Assembly: GCA_037445065.1 (NCBI GenBank)
Contig: JBBILD010000009.1
Span: 63,577-127,576, forward strand
Reading direction: 5' to 3'
From: Myxococcales bacterium
Lineage (GTDB): Bacteria; Desulfobacterota; Binatia; HRBIN30
DNA length: 64,000 bases
Part shown: positions 40,635 through 50,737 of the stretch, piece by piece
Layout: every line of letters begins with the position of its first letter
Numbering within the stretch: the first letter of the stretch is position 1
Program-made: the position numbers and the translations under genes
Notes under the pieces: generated by a model
Told to the model about the DNA's origin: nothing
The model's database searches: none
Seen by the model: only the letters and a program-made list of their open reading frames with translations

Positions 40635-42926
40635 ATGTTGGCGGCCTGGGTGTTGGCTGGTTTTTTGTGCGCCGGGGCGGCGCCTTTTATCGTGCGCTTG
40701 CTCGGCCAGCGGGCTTGCTGGGTGCTTGCCTTGTATCCGTTCACTGCGCTCCTGCTTGCGCTGGTCTCCTTGCCTGCTCCCGCAAGCGAAGAGGTACTGT
40801 TCTCGTGGCTCCCGCAGTTCGGCTTGAGTTGGGGCACGTACGCGGACGGCCTCGCCCGCTTGTTCGCGGTGCTGATCGGCGGCATCGGCGTTTTGATTGT
40901 GCTGTACGCCGGCGACTACCTTCACGACCATCCCCATTTGGGCCGCTTTTACGCCTATTTGATCGGGTTTACCGCTTCGATGTTGGGACTGGTGCTGGCC
41001 CACAACTTCTTCATGCTGTTTGTGTGCTGGGAACTCACCAGCGTCTTTTCTTATTTGCTGATCGGCTTCGAAGCCGCAGAAGAAAAATCCCGCAAAGCCG
41101 CGTGGCAGGCGCTGCTGACCACCAGCCTCGGCGGCGTTGCGCTGTTGGTTGGCTTCCTACTCCTCGAGCGCATGGCGGGCACTTGGACTTTTGCCAGCCT
41201 GCTCTCCGGCGCTCGGCTCAGCGCGACACAGCCCGAGTACGTGCCTACCTTGGCGCTCGTGCTGCTCGCCGCCTTCACAAAATCGGCACAGTTTCCGTTT
41301 CATTTTTGGCTGCCGGCAGCCATGGCTGCGCCCACGCCGGTCAGTGCCTATTTGCACTCGGCAACGATGGTGAAGGCTGGTGTCTTCCTGTTGGCTCGCC
41401 TGACGCCAGTGTTGGGAGATTCCCCGCTTTGGCAGGTTGCACTGACGAGCTGCGGCGCTGCCACGATGCTGGCAGGTGCTCTGCTGGCTGTGCTGCAGAG
41501 TGACGGCAAGCTCTTGCTCGCCTATTCCACCGTGAGCGCGCTGGGAACGCTCGTGTTTCTGCTCGGCGCGGGAACTCCCGAAGCGGCGAGCGCGGCAGTG
41601 GTGTTTCTCTTTGCCCACGCCTTGTACAAAGGTGGGCTCTTTTTGAGCGTGGGGATCGTGGATCATGCAACGGGCTCGCGTGACTTCGACCAGCTTTCCG
41701 GGCTGGCACGTGCCCTTCCGGCGGTGACGGCAATCATGGCCATCCTTCTTCTATCCCTGGCTGGAATCCCGCCCACCCTCGGATTCGTCGCCAAGGAACA
41801 GCTCCTCGAAACCACCCTGCACCATGAGCCCGCGCAGGCATTGGTCGCGCTCGCCGCAACGCTGGTGGCCGCCGCCTGCCAAGTCGCGATCGCCGGCGTC
41901 CTGTTGCGGCCCTTCGTGGTTCTGCCAACGCACTCGCCGGCGGGAAGCCACCACCACGGCACATCGGCTCTGCTCTTTGCCGGCCCGGCGCTGCTCGCTG
42001 CTGCCTCCTTGCTGGCTGTGGCACTTGCCAGTCCGGTATCGGCCATGCTGCTCGAGCCGGCAGCGCGTGCTGTGCATGGCAACGCTCGTGTCCAGCTCGC
42101 CTTGTGGCACGGCCTTACCCCAGCGCTCGCCGCCAGCGCCGCAGCTCTGGTTCTCGGTGTGGGCATCTTCCTGGCCCGCCAGCGCTGGCTCGCAGCATGG
42201 CGCGCACACAGTTGGATCGGGAGATTCGGGCCGGCTGGCGCCTACGAGCAGGTGCTCCTCCTCCTCAATGCGGTCGCCAAGTGGCAAACGCTCCGCTTGC
42301 AAAGCGGTTTCTTACGCCAGTACCAGGTTTTCTTTCTGCTCAGCGCGGTGCTGGCTCTGGCCGGATTGTGGCTAGTGCGGCCGTCGCCCCTGCCCGTTGT
42401 CGAGCCGGGGAACGTTCACGTATTCGAAGCAGCCACCGCTGCTGCCGCCGTACTTGGAGCCGCGATTGCGCTACGCGCTCAGTCGCGGCTCACGGCCGTC
42501 GTCGGTCTCGGAGTTACAGGTTACAGCGTGGCGCTTCTTTTTCTGCTGTTTGGCGCACCCGACCTCGCCATGACTCAATTTGCGGTGGAAACGCTGACGG
42601 TGGTGCTGTTCGTTCTCGTGCTCTACCGCCTGCCTCCGTTCCTTTCGCGCTCGAGCAGGAGCGCGCGGCTGCGCGACGCGCTGCTGTCGCTCGCGTTTGG
42701 GGCCCTCGTGACCCTTTCCCTGCTTTCGGTTACGCGCCATTCCGGCGCTTCGCGCCTGGCTCCTTACTTCCTCGAGCACAGCCTGCCATCGGGGAAAGGA
42801 CGGAACGTGGTCAACGTGATCCTGGTGGATTTTCGCAGTTTGGACACGCTCGGCGAAATCACCGTGCTCGGCATCGCTGCGCTCGGCGTGGCCGCACTGC
42901 TGACGCGAGTTCGGGGGGACTCATGA
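40635..42926 (+). CDS. mrpA: Na+/H+ (monovalent cation/proton) antiporter subunit A (MrpA/MnhA, NuoL-like with a fused MnhB-like C-terminus)
   Basis: 763-aa polytopic protein with NuoL/MrpA-type motifs ([56 protein letters not shown]). It is the first of seven contiguous mrp genes. Confidence 0.9.
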   Translation: MLAAWVLAGFLCAGAAPFIVRLLGQRACWVLALYPFTALLLALVSLPAPASEEVLFSWLPQFGLSWGTYADGLARLFAVLIGGIGVLIVLYAGDYLHDHPHLGRFYAYLIGFTASMLGLVLAHNFFMLFVCWELTSVFSYLLIGFEAAEEKSRKAAWQALLTTSLGGVALLVGFLLLERMAGTWTFASLLSGARLSATQPEYVPTLALVLLAAFTKSAQFPFHFWLPAAMAAPTPVSAYLHSATMVKAGVFLLARLTPVLGDSPLWQVALTSCGAATMLAGALLAVLQSDGKLLLAYSTVSALGTLVFLLGAGTPEAASAAVVFLFAHALYKGGLFLSVGIVDHATGSRDFDQLSGLARALPAVTAIMAILLLSLAGIPPTLGFVAKEQLLETTLHHEPAQALVALAATLVAAACQVAIAGVLLRPFVVLPTHSPAGSHHHGTSALLFAGPALLAAASLLAVALASPVSAMLLEPAARAVHGNARVQLALWHGLTPALAASAAALVLGVGIFLARQRWLAAWRAHSWIGRFGPAGAYEQVLLLLNAVAKWQTLRLQSGFLRQYQVFFLLSAVLALAGLWLVRPSPLPVVEPGNVHVFEAATAAAAVLGAAIALRAQSRLTAVVGLGVTGYSVALLFLLFGAPDLAMTQFAVETLTVVLFVLVLYRLPPFLSRSSRSARLRDALLSLAFGALVTLSLLSVTRHSGASRLAPYFLEHSLPSGKGRNVVNVILVDFRSLDTLGEITVLGIAALGVAALLTRVRGDS

Positions 42927-43330
42927 GGTCCCTGATCTTGGCCACCGCTACCCGCTACCTGATGCCCCTGTTGCTGCTGTTCTCGGTCTTCCTACTCCTG
43001 CGCGGCCACAACGAACCAGGAGGGGGGTTTGTTGGCGGTCTGGTGGCCGGTTGTGCGCTCGCCTTGCATGCGGTGGCGCACGGGATTCGCGCCACACGTG
43101 CCTTCGTTCCGGTGGAGCCGGTGACCCTCATTGCCCTGGGGTTGGGACTCGCTGGAGGCTCGGGCATGCTCGCCTGGCTTTGGGAAGCACCGTTCCTCAC
43201 CGGCCTGTGGTTGGGTTTTGTGGTGCCTGGGGTCGGCAAACTGGGTACGCCGCTCCTGTTCGACGTTGGGGTCTATGTGCTCGTGATCGGAGTATTGGCC
43301 AAGGTGTTTTTCGTGTTGTGGGAAGAGTGA
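42923..43330 (+). CDS. mrpB: Antiporter subunit B (MrpB/MnhB)
   Basis: [40 protein letters not shown]. The ATG overlaps the mrpA stop (ATGA at 42923-42926). Confidence 0.85.
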   Translation: MRSLILATATRYLMPLLLLFSVFLLLRGHNEPGGGFVGGLVAGCALALHAVAHGIRATRAFVPVEPVTLIALGLGLAGGSGMLAWLWEAPFLTGLWLGFVVPGVGKLGTPLLFDVGVYVLVIGVLAKVFFVLWEE

Positions 43331-43332
43331 GT

Positions 43333-43710
43333 ATGGAGATCGTGCTGGCGGTGCTTGTCGGGCTTTTATTCGCGGCGGCCCTGTATCTGATGCTGCGACG
43401 CAGTATCGTGAAGCTCATCATCGGGCTCGGCTTTCTGGGTCATGCCGCCAACTTGCTCATTTTCACCGCTGGCGGTCTCAACCGTTCCGCCCCGCTGGTC
43501 TCGCTGCAAACCAATGCGGTGCCGGAAGGATCTGCCGATCCCGTTCCCCAAGCCTTGATTCTCACCGCGATCGTGATTGGCTTTGCGGTAAGCGCGTTCG
43601 CCATTGTGTTGGTCAAACGCACGGCCGCGGTGGCCGGGACGGACGACGTTGACGCTTTGCGCACATCCGAGCTGCCCGAGGGTGGCAGCGCCGAAGGAGA
43701 GAAGCTGTGA
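43333..43710 (+). CDS. mrpC: Antiporter subunit C (MrpC/MnhC, NuoK-like)
   Basis: [44 protein letters not shown]...[18 protein letters not shown]. Confidence 0.88.
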   Translation: MEIVLAVLVGLLFAAALYLMLRRSIVKLIIGLGFLGHAANLLIFTAGGLNRSAPLVSLQTNAVPEGSADPVPQALILTAIVIGFAVSAFAIVLVKRTAAVAGTDDVDALRTSELPEGGSAEGEKL

Positions 43711-45203
43711 GCGGCACTGCGCACGGTTGGCTTGTTTTGCCACTCTTGCTTCCGCTGCTCGGAGCGCCGGTGTTGCTGCCTTGGGCTCCCGGCGTGCAGC
43801 GCACGGTGAGTGCCGTGCTCGCCGCGCTGACCGTCCTCGCCAGTGCGGTGCTGTTGTCGCTGGTGCGGGGTGGCGAGGTCATTGCCGTCGGGGTGGGAAG
43901 CTGGCCCGCGCCATTCGGGGTCGTACTCGCTGCCGACACGCTCAGCGGATTGCTCCTGCTCGTCACCTCGTCGCTCACCCTGCTTTCGCTGCTCTACTCT
44001 CGGCACGGAGTTCCGGGCGAGCAACAGGAGCGATGGTACTTCCCGCTCGTCTTGCTGCTGGAAGCCGGCGTGCACGGAGCCTTGCTCACGGGCGATGTGT
44101 TCAACTTGTACGTGTGGTTCGAAGTGTTGCTCATGGCCTCCTTCGTTTTGCTCACCTTGGGGGGAGAGAGATCGCAGTTAGAAGGAGGTCTTAAGTACGT
44201 CACGCTGAACTTACTGGCCTCGGCTTTTTTTCTGGCCGGAGTCGGGACCCTCTACGGCTACGCCGGATCGCTGAACCTCGCGGATCTCCATCTTCTCGCA
44301 CAGTTCCGCAGCGATGAGCTGCCGTGGCTGATTGCGCTGGCCCTGCTGTTCTTCGCGTTTGGGGCAAAAGCCGCAGTGTTCCCGCTCTTTGGCTGGCTCC
44401 CCGCTTCCTACCACACCCCACCCGCGGCGCTAACCGCATTGTTCTCGGCGCTGCTGACCAAAGTGGGGGTGTACGCGATGATCCGGGTCGGCACCTTATT
44501 GCTTCCCGACCCTCCACAATGGCTTCAGTCCGCTCTCCTCGCCATTGCCGCTCTGACCATGATCACCGGGGTGCTCGGTGCGGTTGCACAAGTCGAGATG
44601 AAGCGGCTCCTTTCCTTCCATATCGTGAGCCAGATCGGCTACCTGGTCATGGGGTTTGCACTGGGCAACGCGGCCGGGTTGGCCGGGGCCATCTTCTTCT
44701 TCGTGCATGTCATCGTCGCCAAAGCGGCGCTGTTTTTCGTAGCCGGGGTAGTCGAGCACCGCTTTGGCACCGCACAACTGGCGATGGTGGGCGGGCACTA
44801 CGCACGCGACCCAGGCCTGGCGGCGGCGTGTTTTGTCGCGGCCATGGCGCTTGCCGGCTTACCGCCGTTCTCTGGGTTTGTTGCCAAGCTGCAGTTGGTG
44901 CACGCCGGGCTGGAGGCCGAGGCGTATGTTACCGTGGCAGCGGCGATCGGGGTGAGTCTTCTGACCCTGTACTCGATGACCAAAATCTGGGCCGAGGCGT
45001 TTTGGAAGGACGCGCCGAATCCCCCGGTGCGCCACGGCTGGGCGGACAAAGCGCCACTGGCCATGCGCCTGCCTTCGTACCTGCTCGCCGGCGTGAGCCT
45101 GCTGCTCGGGCTAATGGCTGCCCCGCTGCTCGACCTCGCTCATGCGAGCGCAAACCAACTACTCGAGCCAGAGGCCTACGTGACCGCGGTGTTCGGGAGG
45201 TAA
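43707..45203 (+). CDS. mrpD: Antiporter subunit D (MrpD/MnhD, NuoM/N-like)
   Basis: 498-aa polytopic protein with [18 protein letters not shown] and [21 protein letters not shown]. The GTG start overlaps the mrpC stop (GTGA). Confidence 0.9.
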   Translation: MSGTAHGWLVLPLLLPLLGAPVLLPWAPGVQRTVSAVLAALTVLASAVLLSLVRGGEVIAVGVGSWPAPFGVVLAADTLSGLLLLVTSSLTLLSLLYSRHGVPGEQQERWYFPLVLLLEAGVHGALLTGDVFNLYVWFEVLLMASFVLLTLGGERSQLEGGLKYVTLNLLASAFFLAGVGTLYGYAGSLNLADLHLLAQFRSDELPWLIALALLFFAFGAKAAVFPLFGWLPASYHTPPAALTALFSALLTKVGVYAMIRVGTLLLPDPPQWLQSALLAIAALTMITGVLGAVAQVEMKRLLSFHIVSQIGYLVMGFALGNAAGLAGAIFFFVHVIVAKAALFFVAGVVEHRFGTAQLAMVGGHYARDPGLAAACFVAAMALAGLPPFSGFVAKLQLVHAGLEAEAYVTVAAAIGVSLLTLYSMTKIWAEAFWKDAPNPPVRHGWADKAPLAMRLPSYLLAGVSLLLGLMAAPLLDLAHASANQLLEPEAYVTAVFGR

Positions 45204-45206
45204 GCC

Positions 45207-45677
45207 GTGTTTCTCGCCAATGTGTTGCTGGCACTGGTCTGGGTCGCCGTCTCCGGGCGCGCGACTTTCGCGGATTTCGCCCTCGGCTTTGCGCTGGGCC
45301 TCGCGCTGTTACGGCTGCTGCCGGGCGCAGAGGGCAAGCGGTACGTACGGCGGGTGTGGCGGGTCGTGCGCGCCGCTGGCGTGTTTGCCTGGGAGATCTT
45401 GCTCGCCAATTTACGCGTGACCTATCACGTCTTCGCACCGCTGCGGCGCATGCGCCCGGGCATCGTCGCCGTGCCCCTGCAAGTGAAAAGCGATGCGGCC
45501 ATTACCATGCTGGCCAATATCATTACCCTGACGCCGGGAACGCTCAGTCTGGACGTGTCTGCGGACCGTTCCACCCTCTACGTGCACGGGATGAACGTGA
45601 TCCCCGACCCTGATGCGTTCCACCGGGACATCGAGGGCGGACTGGAACGAGAAGTCAAGGAGGTCTTCGAACCATGA
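45207..45677 (+). CDS. mrpE: Antiporter subunit E (MrpE/MnhE)
   Basis: 156 aa in the expected position and size, with ANIITLTPGTLSLDVS...LYVHGMN typical of MnhE. Confidence 0.8.
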   Translation: MFLANVLLALVWVAVSGRATFADFALGFALGLALLRLLPGAEGKRYVRRVWRVVRAAGVFAWEILLANLRVTYHVFAPLRRMRPGIVAVPLQVKSDAAITMLANIITLTPGTLSLDVSADRSTLYVHGMNVIPDPDAFHRDIEGGLEREVKEVFEP

Positions 45678-45955
45678 CGGCAACCATTGCTTTGTGGATC
45701 GCTCTGCCGGTTCTTGGGGTGAGCATGTTGCTCGCCCTGTTCCGGCTCGTGCGAGGGCCGAGTTTTCCGGACCGGGTCGTGGCGCTCGATTTGCTCACCA
45801 CGATGGGTGTCGGTATCATCGCGGCGGTGGTGCTGGCTTGGGATCAGCCCGTGCTGCTCGACGTGGCAACCGTGCTGGCACTTACTTCCTTTCTAGCCAC
45901 GATCGCGTTCGCCAAGTACGTCGAACGAGGACTGCGCGTATGGAACAACTCGTAG
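45674..45955 (+). CDS. mrpF: Antiporter subunit F (MrpF/MnhF)
   Basis: 93 aa with three hydrophobic helices and RLVRGPSFPDRVVALD. ATGA overlap with mrpE. Confidence 0.8.
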   Translation: MTATIALWIALPVLGVSMLLALFRLVRGPSFPDRVVALDLLTTMGVGIIAAVVLAWDQPVLLDVATVLALTSFLATIAFAKYVERGLRVWNNS

Positions 45956-46344
45956 CCAGCGCTCTCTTGCTCAGCGGCACCTTCTTCATGTTCGTCGCCA
46001 GCTTGGGCATTGTACGTATGCCGGACGTGTACTTGCGTATGTCCTGCACTTCGAAGGCGGCCACCTTAGGAGCCGGCTGCCTACTCGGGGCAGTCGCCGT
46101 GGCAGCCGAGCACGCAGGAGTTGCGGGGCGAGCCCTGGCCACCATCCTGTTCCTGCTGCTCACCGCACCGGTGGCGGCTCATCTCCTGGGGCGTGCTGCC
46201 TATCGGCTCGGAGTTCCCTTGTGGAGCGGCTCCTGTTGCGACGAACTGCGCGGCGCCTACTCCGAGGGTGGGGTTCTCGAGGGCAGAACGGCGCCACGTT
46301 CGCACACGAGCCCCTCTTCCCCGATGTCGCAGCATGGCGTTTGA
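45940..46344 (+). CDS. mrpG: Antiporter subunit G (MrpG/MnhG)
   Basis: MEQLVASALLLSGTFFMFVASLGIVRMPDVYLRMSCTSKAATLG...LLLTAPVAAHLLGRAAY. Overlaps mrpF by 16 nt and carries a ~35-aa non-conserved tail. Confidence 0.8.
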   Translation: MEQLVASALLLSGTFFMFVASLGIVRMPDVYLRMSCTSKAATLGAGCLLGAVAVAAEHAGVAGRALATILFLLLTAPVAAHLLGRAAYRLGVPLWSGSCCDELRGAYSEGGVLEGRTAPRSHTSPSSPMSQHGV

Positions 46345-47404
46345 GCTTGCCTTGCTTCTTGCCGGCCTGGCTGGGGTTCTGCTCGGCGCGGAGTGGCTCG
46401 TGCGGGGTGCCTCCGGTTTGGCGCTGAGTCTAGGGGTCGCACCGCTACTGGTCGGACTCACGGTGGTAGCGTGGGGCACCAGCGCCCCGGAGATGAGTGT
46501 GAGCCTAGTGGCAGCGCTCACCGGTAGCCCGGAGATTGCCGTCGGCAACGCCATCGGCAGCAACATCTTCAACGTGCTCTTCATTCTCGGCCTATCCGCC
46601 GCGGTGGCCCCGCTCGCAGTGGACCGTCAACTGATCCGCTCCGAAGTACCGCTCATGATCGGGGTGTCGTTCTTGGTTTGGTATTTTGCGGAGGACGAAC
46701 GGCTCGGACGGGCGGAGGGGATTCTTCTGCTGGCCGTTTTTCTCGCCTACTCGCTGGCGACGGTGTACGTCGCCAAGCGCCAGTCAGCGGACAACGCCAG
46801 CACGGCGGAGAAGTCGGGGCTACCGCCAGGTCGGCATCACTGGGCATGGAATGCTGCGCTGGTGGTCGCCGGACTTGTTTTGCTGGTCGCCGGTTCTCGC
46901 TGGTTCGTGATGGGAGCCGCTGCCGTAGCGCGCTGGCTCGGTGTCAGCGACCTCGTGATCGGCCTCACGATCGTCGCCGCCGGAACCTCGTTGCCGGAAC
47001 TCGCAACTTCGGTGCTGGCTGGGCTCCGAGGAGAGCGCGACATCTCGGTCGGGAACGTCATTGGCAGCAACTTGTTCAACCTCCTTGCCGTATTGGGTGT
47101 CGCCTCGTCCGTAGCGGAGAACGGCTTACCGGTGTCGGCAGCGGTATTCCGCTTCGACTTGCCGGTGATGACCGCGGCTGCCTTCGCCTGCTTGCCGCTG
47201 GCCGTCACGGGGCGCTGCATCGCGCGCTGGGAGGGTTTCCTCCTCCTCGGCTACGGAGTCGCGTACTGGCTGTATTTGCTGCTTGCCGCCACCCACCACG
47301 ACTCGCTGCCGACCTATCATCTCGTCATGGTGGTGTTCGCTCTACCGCTCACAATCGCCGGACTGGCAGTGAGCCTCGGCCGCCATTTCCTGCGCACGCA
47401 GTAG
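46334..47404 (+). CDS. Calcium/cation antiporter, CaCA family (YrbG-like)
   Basis: Two alpha-repeats: GLTVVAWGTSAPEMSVS and GLTIVAAGTSLPELATS, followed by GNAIGSNIFN / GNVIGSNLFN. The ATG overlaps the mrpG end by 11 nt. Confidence 0.88.
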   Translation: MAFELALLLAGLAGVLLGAEWLVRGASGLALSLGVAPLLVGLTVVAWGTSAPEMSVSLVAALTGSPEIAVGNAIGSNIFNVLFILGLSAAVAPLAVDRQLIRSEVPLMIGVSFLVWYFAEDERLGRAEGILLLAVFLAYSLATVYVAKRQSADNASTAEKSGLPPGRHHWAWNAALVVAGLVLLVAGSRWFVMGAAAVARWLGVSDLVIGLTIVAAGTSLPELATSVLAGLRGERDISVGNVIGSNLFNLLAVLGVASSVAENGLPVSAAVFRFDLPVMTAAAFACLPLAVTGRCIARWEGFLLLGYGVAYWLYLLLAATHHDSLPTYHLVMVVFALPLTIAGLAVSLGRHFLRTQ

Positions 47405-47456
47405 GGCACAGCGTGCCGTGCCCCAAGGGCGCGGTGCCGCGAACACCCTGATCCCA
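47204..47456 (+). repeat. Direct repeat copy A: the intact 3' end of the CaCA gene plus its downstream hairpin
   Basis: 47204-47424 aligns by eye at about 90% identity with 48548-48770. A second short block, CACCCTGATCCCA (47444-47456), recurs at 48825-48837. Confidence 0.8.
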
Positions 47457-47763
47457 TCCGCCTGGTTAAGCCTGGCCGAGCATCCATCCCGTTCCGCGTT
47501 CGGGAACCGCTTCGGAATGTCGAACCGGCCCGGTCGGGGGTCATTCCCGCCGCGATCCACCGCATTTGCCCTTCTACCCCATCCCCGTACACGCACGCGC
47601 AGGTCTGCGTGGGAGTGGCGATGAATCCCTACACCCCCCGCACCTGCTGTCGTCAGATCGAGCCTGCCATCAGGCGTGCATCTCAAGCGCGACACGGCCG
47701 TCATGGATCACGCCCAGAAGCGCAATGATGCACAGCGACGCGCGGGAGGGTCCGATCCGTCGC

Positions 47764-48180
47764 TCAAACACCCGCGTTTTGCACGGTCTGAATCAGGAGC
47801 TGGCCTTCAAGGCCGGCCTCGCGGTGGATGCCGAACTTCGCGACCTCCGGCGAAGTGGCGATCTTCACGAATGCCTCGGACGAGGGATATTCGACGAGGG
47901 CGACGACGTCCCACAGCTCTTCGACGTCGCCGATGACGAGCGACTTCACTTCACCGATAAAGATGACACGGCCGCCGTGGTCGGCCACGAGTTTGAGCAT
48001 TTCGGCAGCGTACCGGTTGTAAGCCGTCTTGCCATCGTCGGTAGTCGCGCGGCCGTCCTTGTACTCGGCCCTCTCCTTGAACTTGAGCAGGTTCACCATG
48101 ACAACCGGCTGGTTGGCGCCCTTAGTCACCACCTCGGTGATCTGTTCGCCCTTCGGATAGACAGCGTTTTCGACGTTCAT
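47764..48180 (-). CDS. DUF1330 domain protein
   Basis: MNVENAVYPKGEQITEVV...PVVMVNLLKFKERAEY...YNRYAAEMLKLVADHGGRVIFIG...WDVVALVEYPSSEAFVKI matches my recollection of DUF1330. GGAGG lies 6 nt upstream of ATG 48180. Confidence 0.8.
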   Translation of the reverse strand: MNVENAVYPKGEQITEVVTKGANQPVVMVNLLKFKERAEYKDGRATTDDGKTAYNRYAAEMLKLVADHGGRVIFIGEVKSLVIGDVEELWDVVALVEYPSSEAFVKIATSPEVAKFGIHREAGLEGQLLIQTVQNAGV

Positions 48181-48547
48181 CACGTTACCTCCGTTGTGCG
48201 CTGATGGTCTCGCTCTGCTCGACCCACCTAACGGGTGAGTCTTCCCGCAAGCAGTCGCCACCTCCTGCGCCGATCCCATACGGCTCTGCGTTTCCGTCTA
48301 CCACGCCTTCTTGGGTGAGGCGCTCGCTCACCGTCCCTGAGCCGTCGGGCAGGTCGAGATCACGTGCGGCCGAACGATCGTCCAGGACGCCTTCAGAATC
48401 GCCGCCGGCCGTGCAGATGCGTTTTATCGGCCAAGTGATGGAGAAAACGCGGTTCAACGGATCCGCTAGTGCAACGATTTCCACCTGCAGTCAACGCAGG
48501 GGAAACACGGTGAGCAACAAGTGTTGCAGGCCCTGGCGTGGAGGGCA

Positions 48548-48837
48548 GTCACCCGGCGCTGCATCGCCCGCTGGGAGGGTTTCCTCCTCTTCGGCTACGG
48601 AGTCGCGTACTGGCTGTATTTGCTTTGCTTGCCGCTAACCACCATGACCCCTGCCGACCTATCATCTCGTCATGGTGGTGTTCGCTCTACCGCTCACAAT
48701 CGCCGGACTGGCAGGGAGCCGCGGCCGCCATTTTCTGCGCACGCAGTGGGGGCACGGCATGCCGCGCCCCTACCTCGACGTCCTCAATTCAATCGAGGTG
48801 CCCGAGCCGATTTACAGCCACCAGCACCCTGATCCCA
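48548..48837 (+). pseudogene. Degraded duplicate (copy B) of the CaCA antiporter 3' end
   Basis: Same orientation as copy A, with a 59-nt identical core (gacctatcatctcgtcatggtggtgttcgctctaccgctcacaatcgccggactggcag). It has small indels that break the reading frame, its stop codon is mutated (TAG to TGG), and there is no upstream gene body. Confidence 0.75.
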
Positions 48838-48918
48838 GGCACGGAGTTGAGCATGCGCACGGGTTCATCCGGTCCCTCTGCTCACGCAATCCGCCCTCAT
48901 TAACACCTCGTCTGATTC

Positions 48919-49323
48919 TTACCACAGCACCCAGGGCGCGTTGATCAAATCCGCAGACCAGCCAACCCGCATCTCCTTGCGAGCGCTCAGTAGTGCGCCT
49001 GTCACCACGGCATCGCGTCCGACTCTCAGCAGTCCCTGCGCAAAAATGGTCCCTTGCACCTGCGCCTGCCTCCTCACAAAGGCGCGACCGCCAACCAGGA
49101 ACAGGATTCGCTCCGCCGGAGAACCATTTGGCCCCGCCGGGATGCCGCTCATCACAATCTGCGCACTCCCGTCCACTCTCAGACGGCGCGCGAGTCGCAG
49201 CACTACCGCCGCGGTGTTGGCATTGCCCTGGATGGTGAGAACCCGCCCGGGCGCCACCCGCAAGCGGTCGTAATCGAGCACGACCACGGACCCTGGCGCC
49301 GAGCTGAACGGAGTGATGTCCAT
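48919..49323 (-). CDS. Hypothetical protein with beta-helix-like repeats (possibly a gene fragment)
   Basis: 134 aa from ATG 49323 (GGGAGGTG upstream). It shows alternating hydrophobic/Gly patterns (VQGTIFAQGLLRVGRDAVVTGALLSARKEMRVG). No signal peptide and no diagnostic motif. Confidence 0.4.
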   Translation of the reverse strand: MDITPFSSAPGSVVVLDYDRLRVAPGRVLTIQGNANTAAVVLRLARRLRVDGSAQIVMSGIPAGPNGSPAERILFLVGGRAFVRRQAQVQGTIFAQGLLRVGRDAVVTGALLSARKEMRVGWSADLINAPWVLW

Positions 49324-49748
49324 GGTCGCACCTCCCAATCGTTTCCTTTTGACGAACGTTCCTACTTGGTCGCCTCCCAAGCCCCGAACTCCGTTTAGCG
49401 GGAAAACGATGACAAAATCTCCCCCCGGGCCAACACCTTCGTCAACAGAGAAAAAGGGCGTTCGCGCAGGCCGACATCAGCCAGCCCGAACGCCCTGAGT
49501 CCCTACGCCCCGAACGGTCGCCGCCCATTCCAGGTTCATCCATCAGACAGAGGGCCCCCACTTACGCGGTCTCCACCGGCGGCCCCCCACTCTCTTCCGA
49601 GAGGTTCACCAGCAGACCACGGGCAAGGCTCCCGCCTGTGGCTCGAACCCCGCTCGGCCTCAGGCGCCCGTAAATGACCGCTTCCAGCGGGGCAAGTCGT
49701 TGCCTCAAGCTTCGGACTCAGGCAAGGGATGCGAACCGATCATAAACG

Positions 49749-50606
49749 ATGGCCGTTCCCGTACAGGTTGGCATTCCTCTTTTTCTGTTGCGTCCCGGAC
49801 GCATGCCGGCGGTGGCAGAGGTAGCCGAGGAGCTCGGCTTCGAATCGGTGTGGCTGCCGGAGCATCTGGTGTTTCCCGCCGAGATCCGTAGCGCCTATCC
49901 ATACAGCCCGGATGGACAGGCACCGATCTCGCCCAAAACTCCGCTGCTCGACCCCTTCGTGCTGCTCTCCTTCGTAGCGGCTCGCACGCGCCGCATCCGC
50001 CTCGGCACCAACGTGTATCTGCCCGCACTGCGCCACCCGCTGGCTAGCGCGCGCATGATCGTCACGCTCGACCTTCTCTCTGGGGGCCGCGTGAGCTTGG
50101 GCGTGGGTGCAGGCTGGCTTGCCGAGGAATTCGCAGCGGTGGGAGTGGAGTTCGAAACCCGTGGCGCCCGCCTGCGCGAGTGCGTGCGCGCTTGGCGCGT
50201 GCTGTGGAGCGAGGAGACGCCTTCCTTCCAAGGGCGTTTTTATCGCTTCGGGCCCGTGAAGTTCGAGCCCAAACCGGTGCAGAAACCTTCTCCACCGATC
50301 TTGTTCGGCGGCGAGTCGGAAGCGGCTCTTCTTCGCGCCGCCGAACTGGGCGACGGCTGGTACGGGGTGCGGCACACGCCGGAAAGCGCGGCCCGCCAAG
50401 TCGAGCGGCTCCGCGCGCTGCTCGAGCGGAACGGGCGCGATCCCGCTCACTTCGAAATCACGGTGAGCACGGGTCCCCTCGACCAGCGTTCCCTCGAAGA
50501 GTTTGCCGCTGCCGGTGTGCAGCGTGTGGTCTCCCTTCCGTGGCAGCGCGACAAGGAAGCAGAAGCGAGCCTCGAACGTCTGGCTCGCACCATACGTTTG
50601 AGTTGA
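49749..50606 (+). CDS. Luciferase-like monooxygenase (LLM) class, probably an F420-dependent oxidoreductase
   Basis: VAEELGFESVWLPEHLVFP, LLDPFVLLSFVAARTRRIRLGTNVYLPALRHP, LDLLSGGRVSLGVGAGW. Confidence 0.85.
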   Translation: MAVPVQVGIPLFLLRPGRMPAVAEVAEELGFESVWLPEHLVFPAEIRSAYPYSPDGQAPISPKTPLLDPFVLLSFVAARTRRIRLGTNVYLPALRHPLASARMIVTLDLLSGGRVSLGVGAGWLAEEFAAVGVEFETRGARLRECVRAWRVLWSEETPSFQGRFYRFGPVKFEPKPVQKPSPPILFGGESEAALLRAAELGDGWYGVRHTPESAARQVERLRALLERNGRDPAHFEITVSTGPLDQRSLEEFAAAGVQRVVSLPWQRDKEAEASLERLARTIRLS

Positions 50607-50737
50607 CCGAACACCCCTCCGACGCCGGACCTATCGGGCGCCTGGCGTTGTGGGCACACACGAAACGTGCCAGCCGCAGCGGGCGGAACAGCGCAGGCAC
50701 TGCTATCCCGGGTTGCGCCGAACCTGAGGCCGTAGCC

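Noticed and set aside
47466-47472. Integron attC-like core site (GTTAAGC fits GTTRRRY) at the edge of the unique segment after repeat copy A
   Set aside because: It is a single 7-mer with no paired inverse core or attC-type imperfect palindrome that I could see, and there is no intI. It is most likely coincidence.
47204-48837. Diversity-generating retroelement (template/variable repeat pair) as an explanation for the CaCA 3'-end repeats
   Set aside because: The mismatches between the copies are not adenine-specific (for example G to C and C to T, plus indels). There is no reverse transcriptase nearby, and copy B is not attached to a gene.
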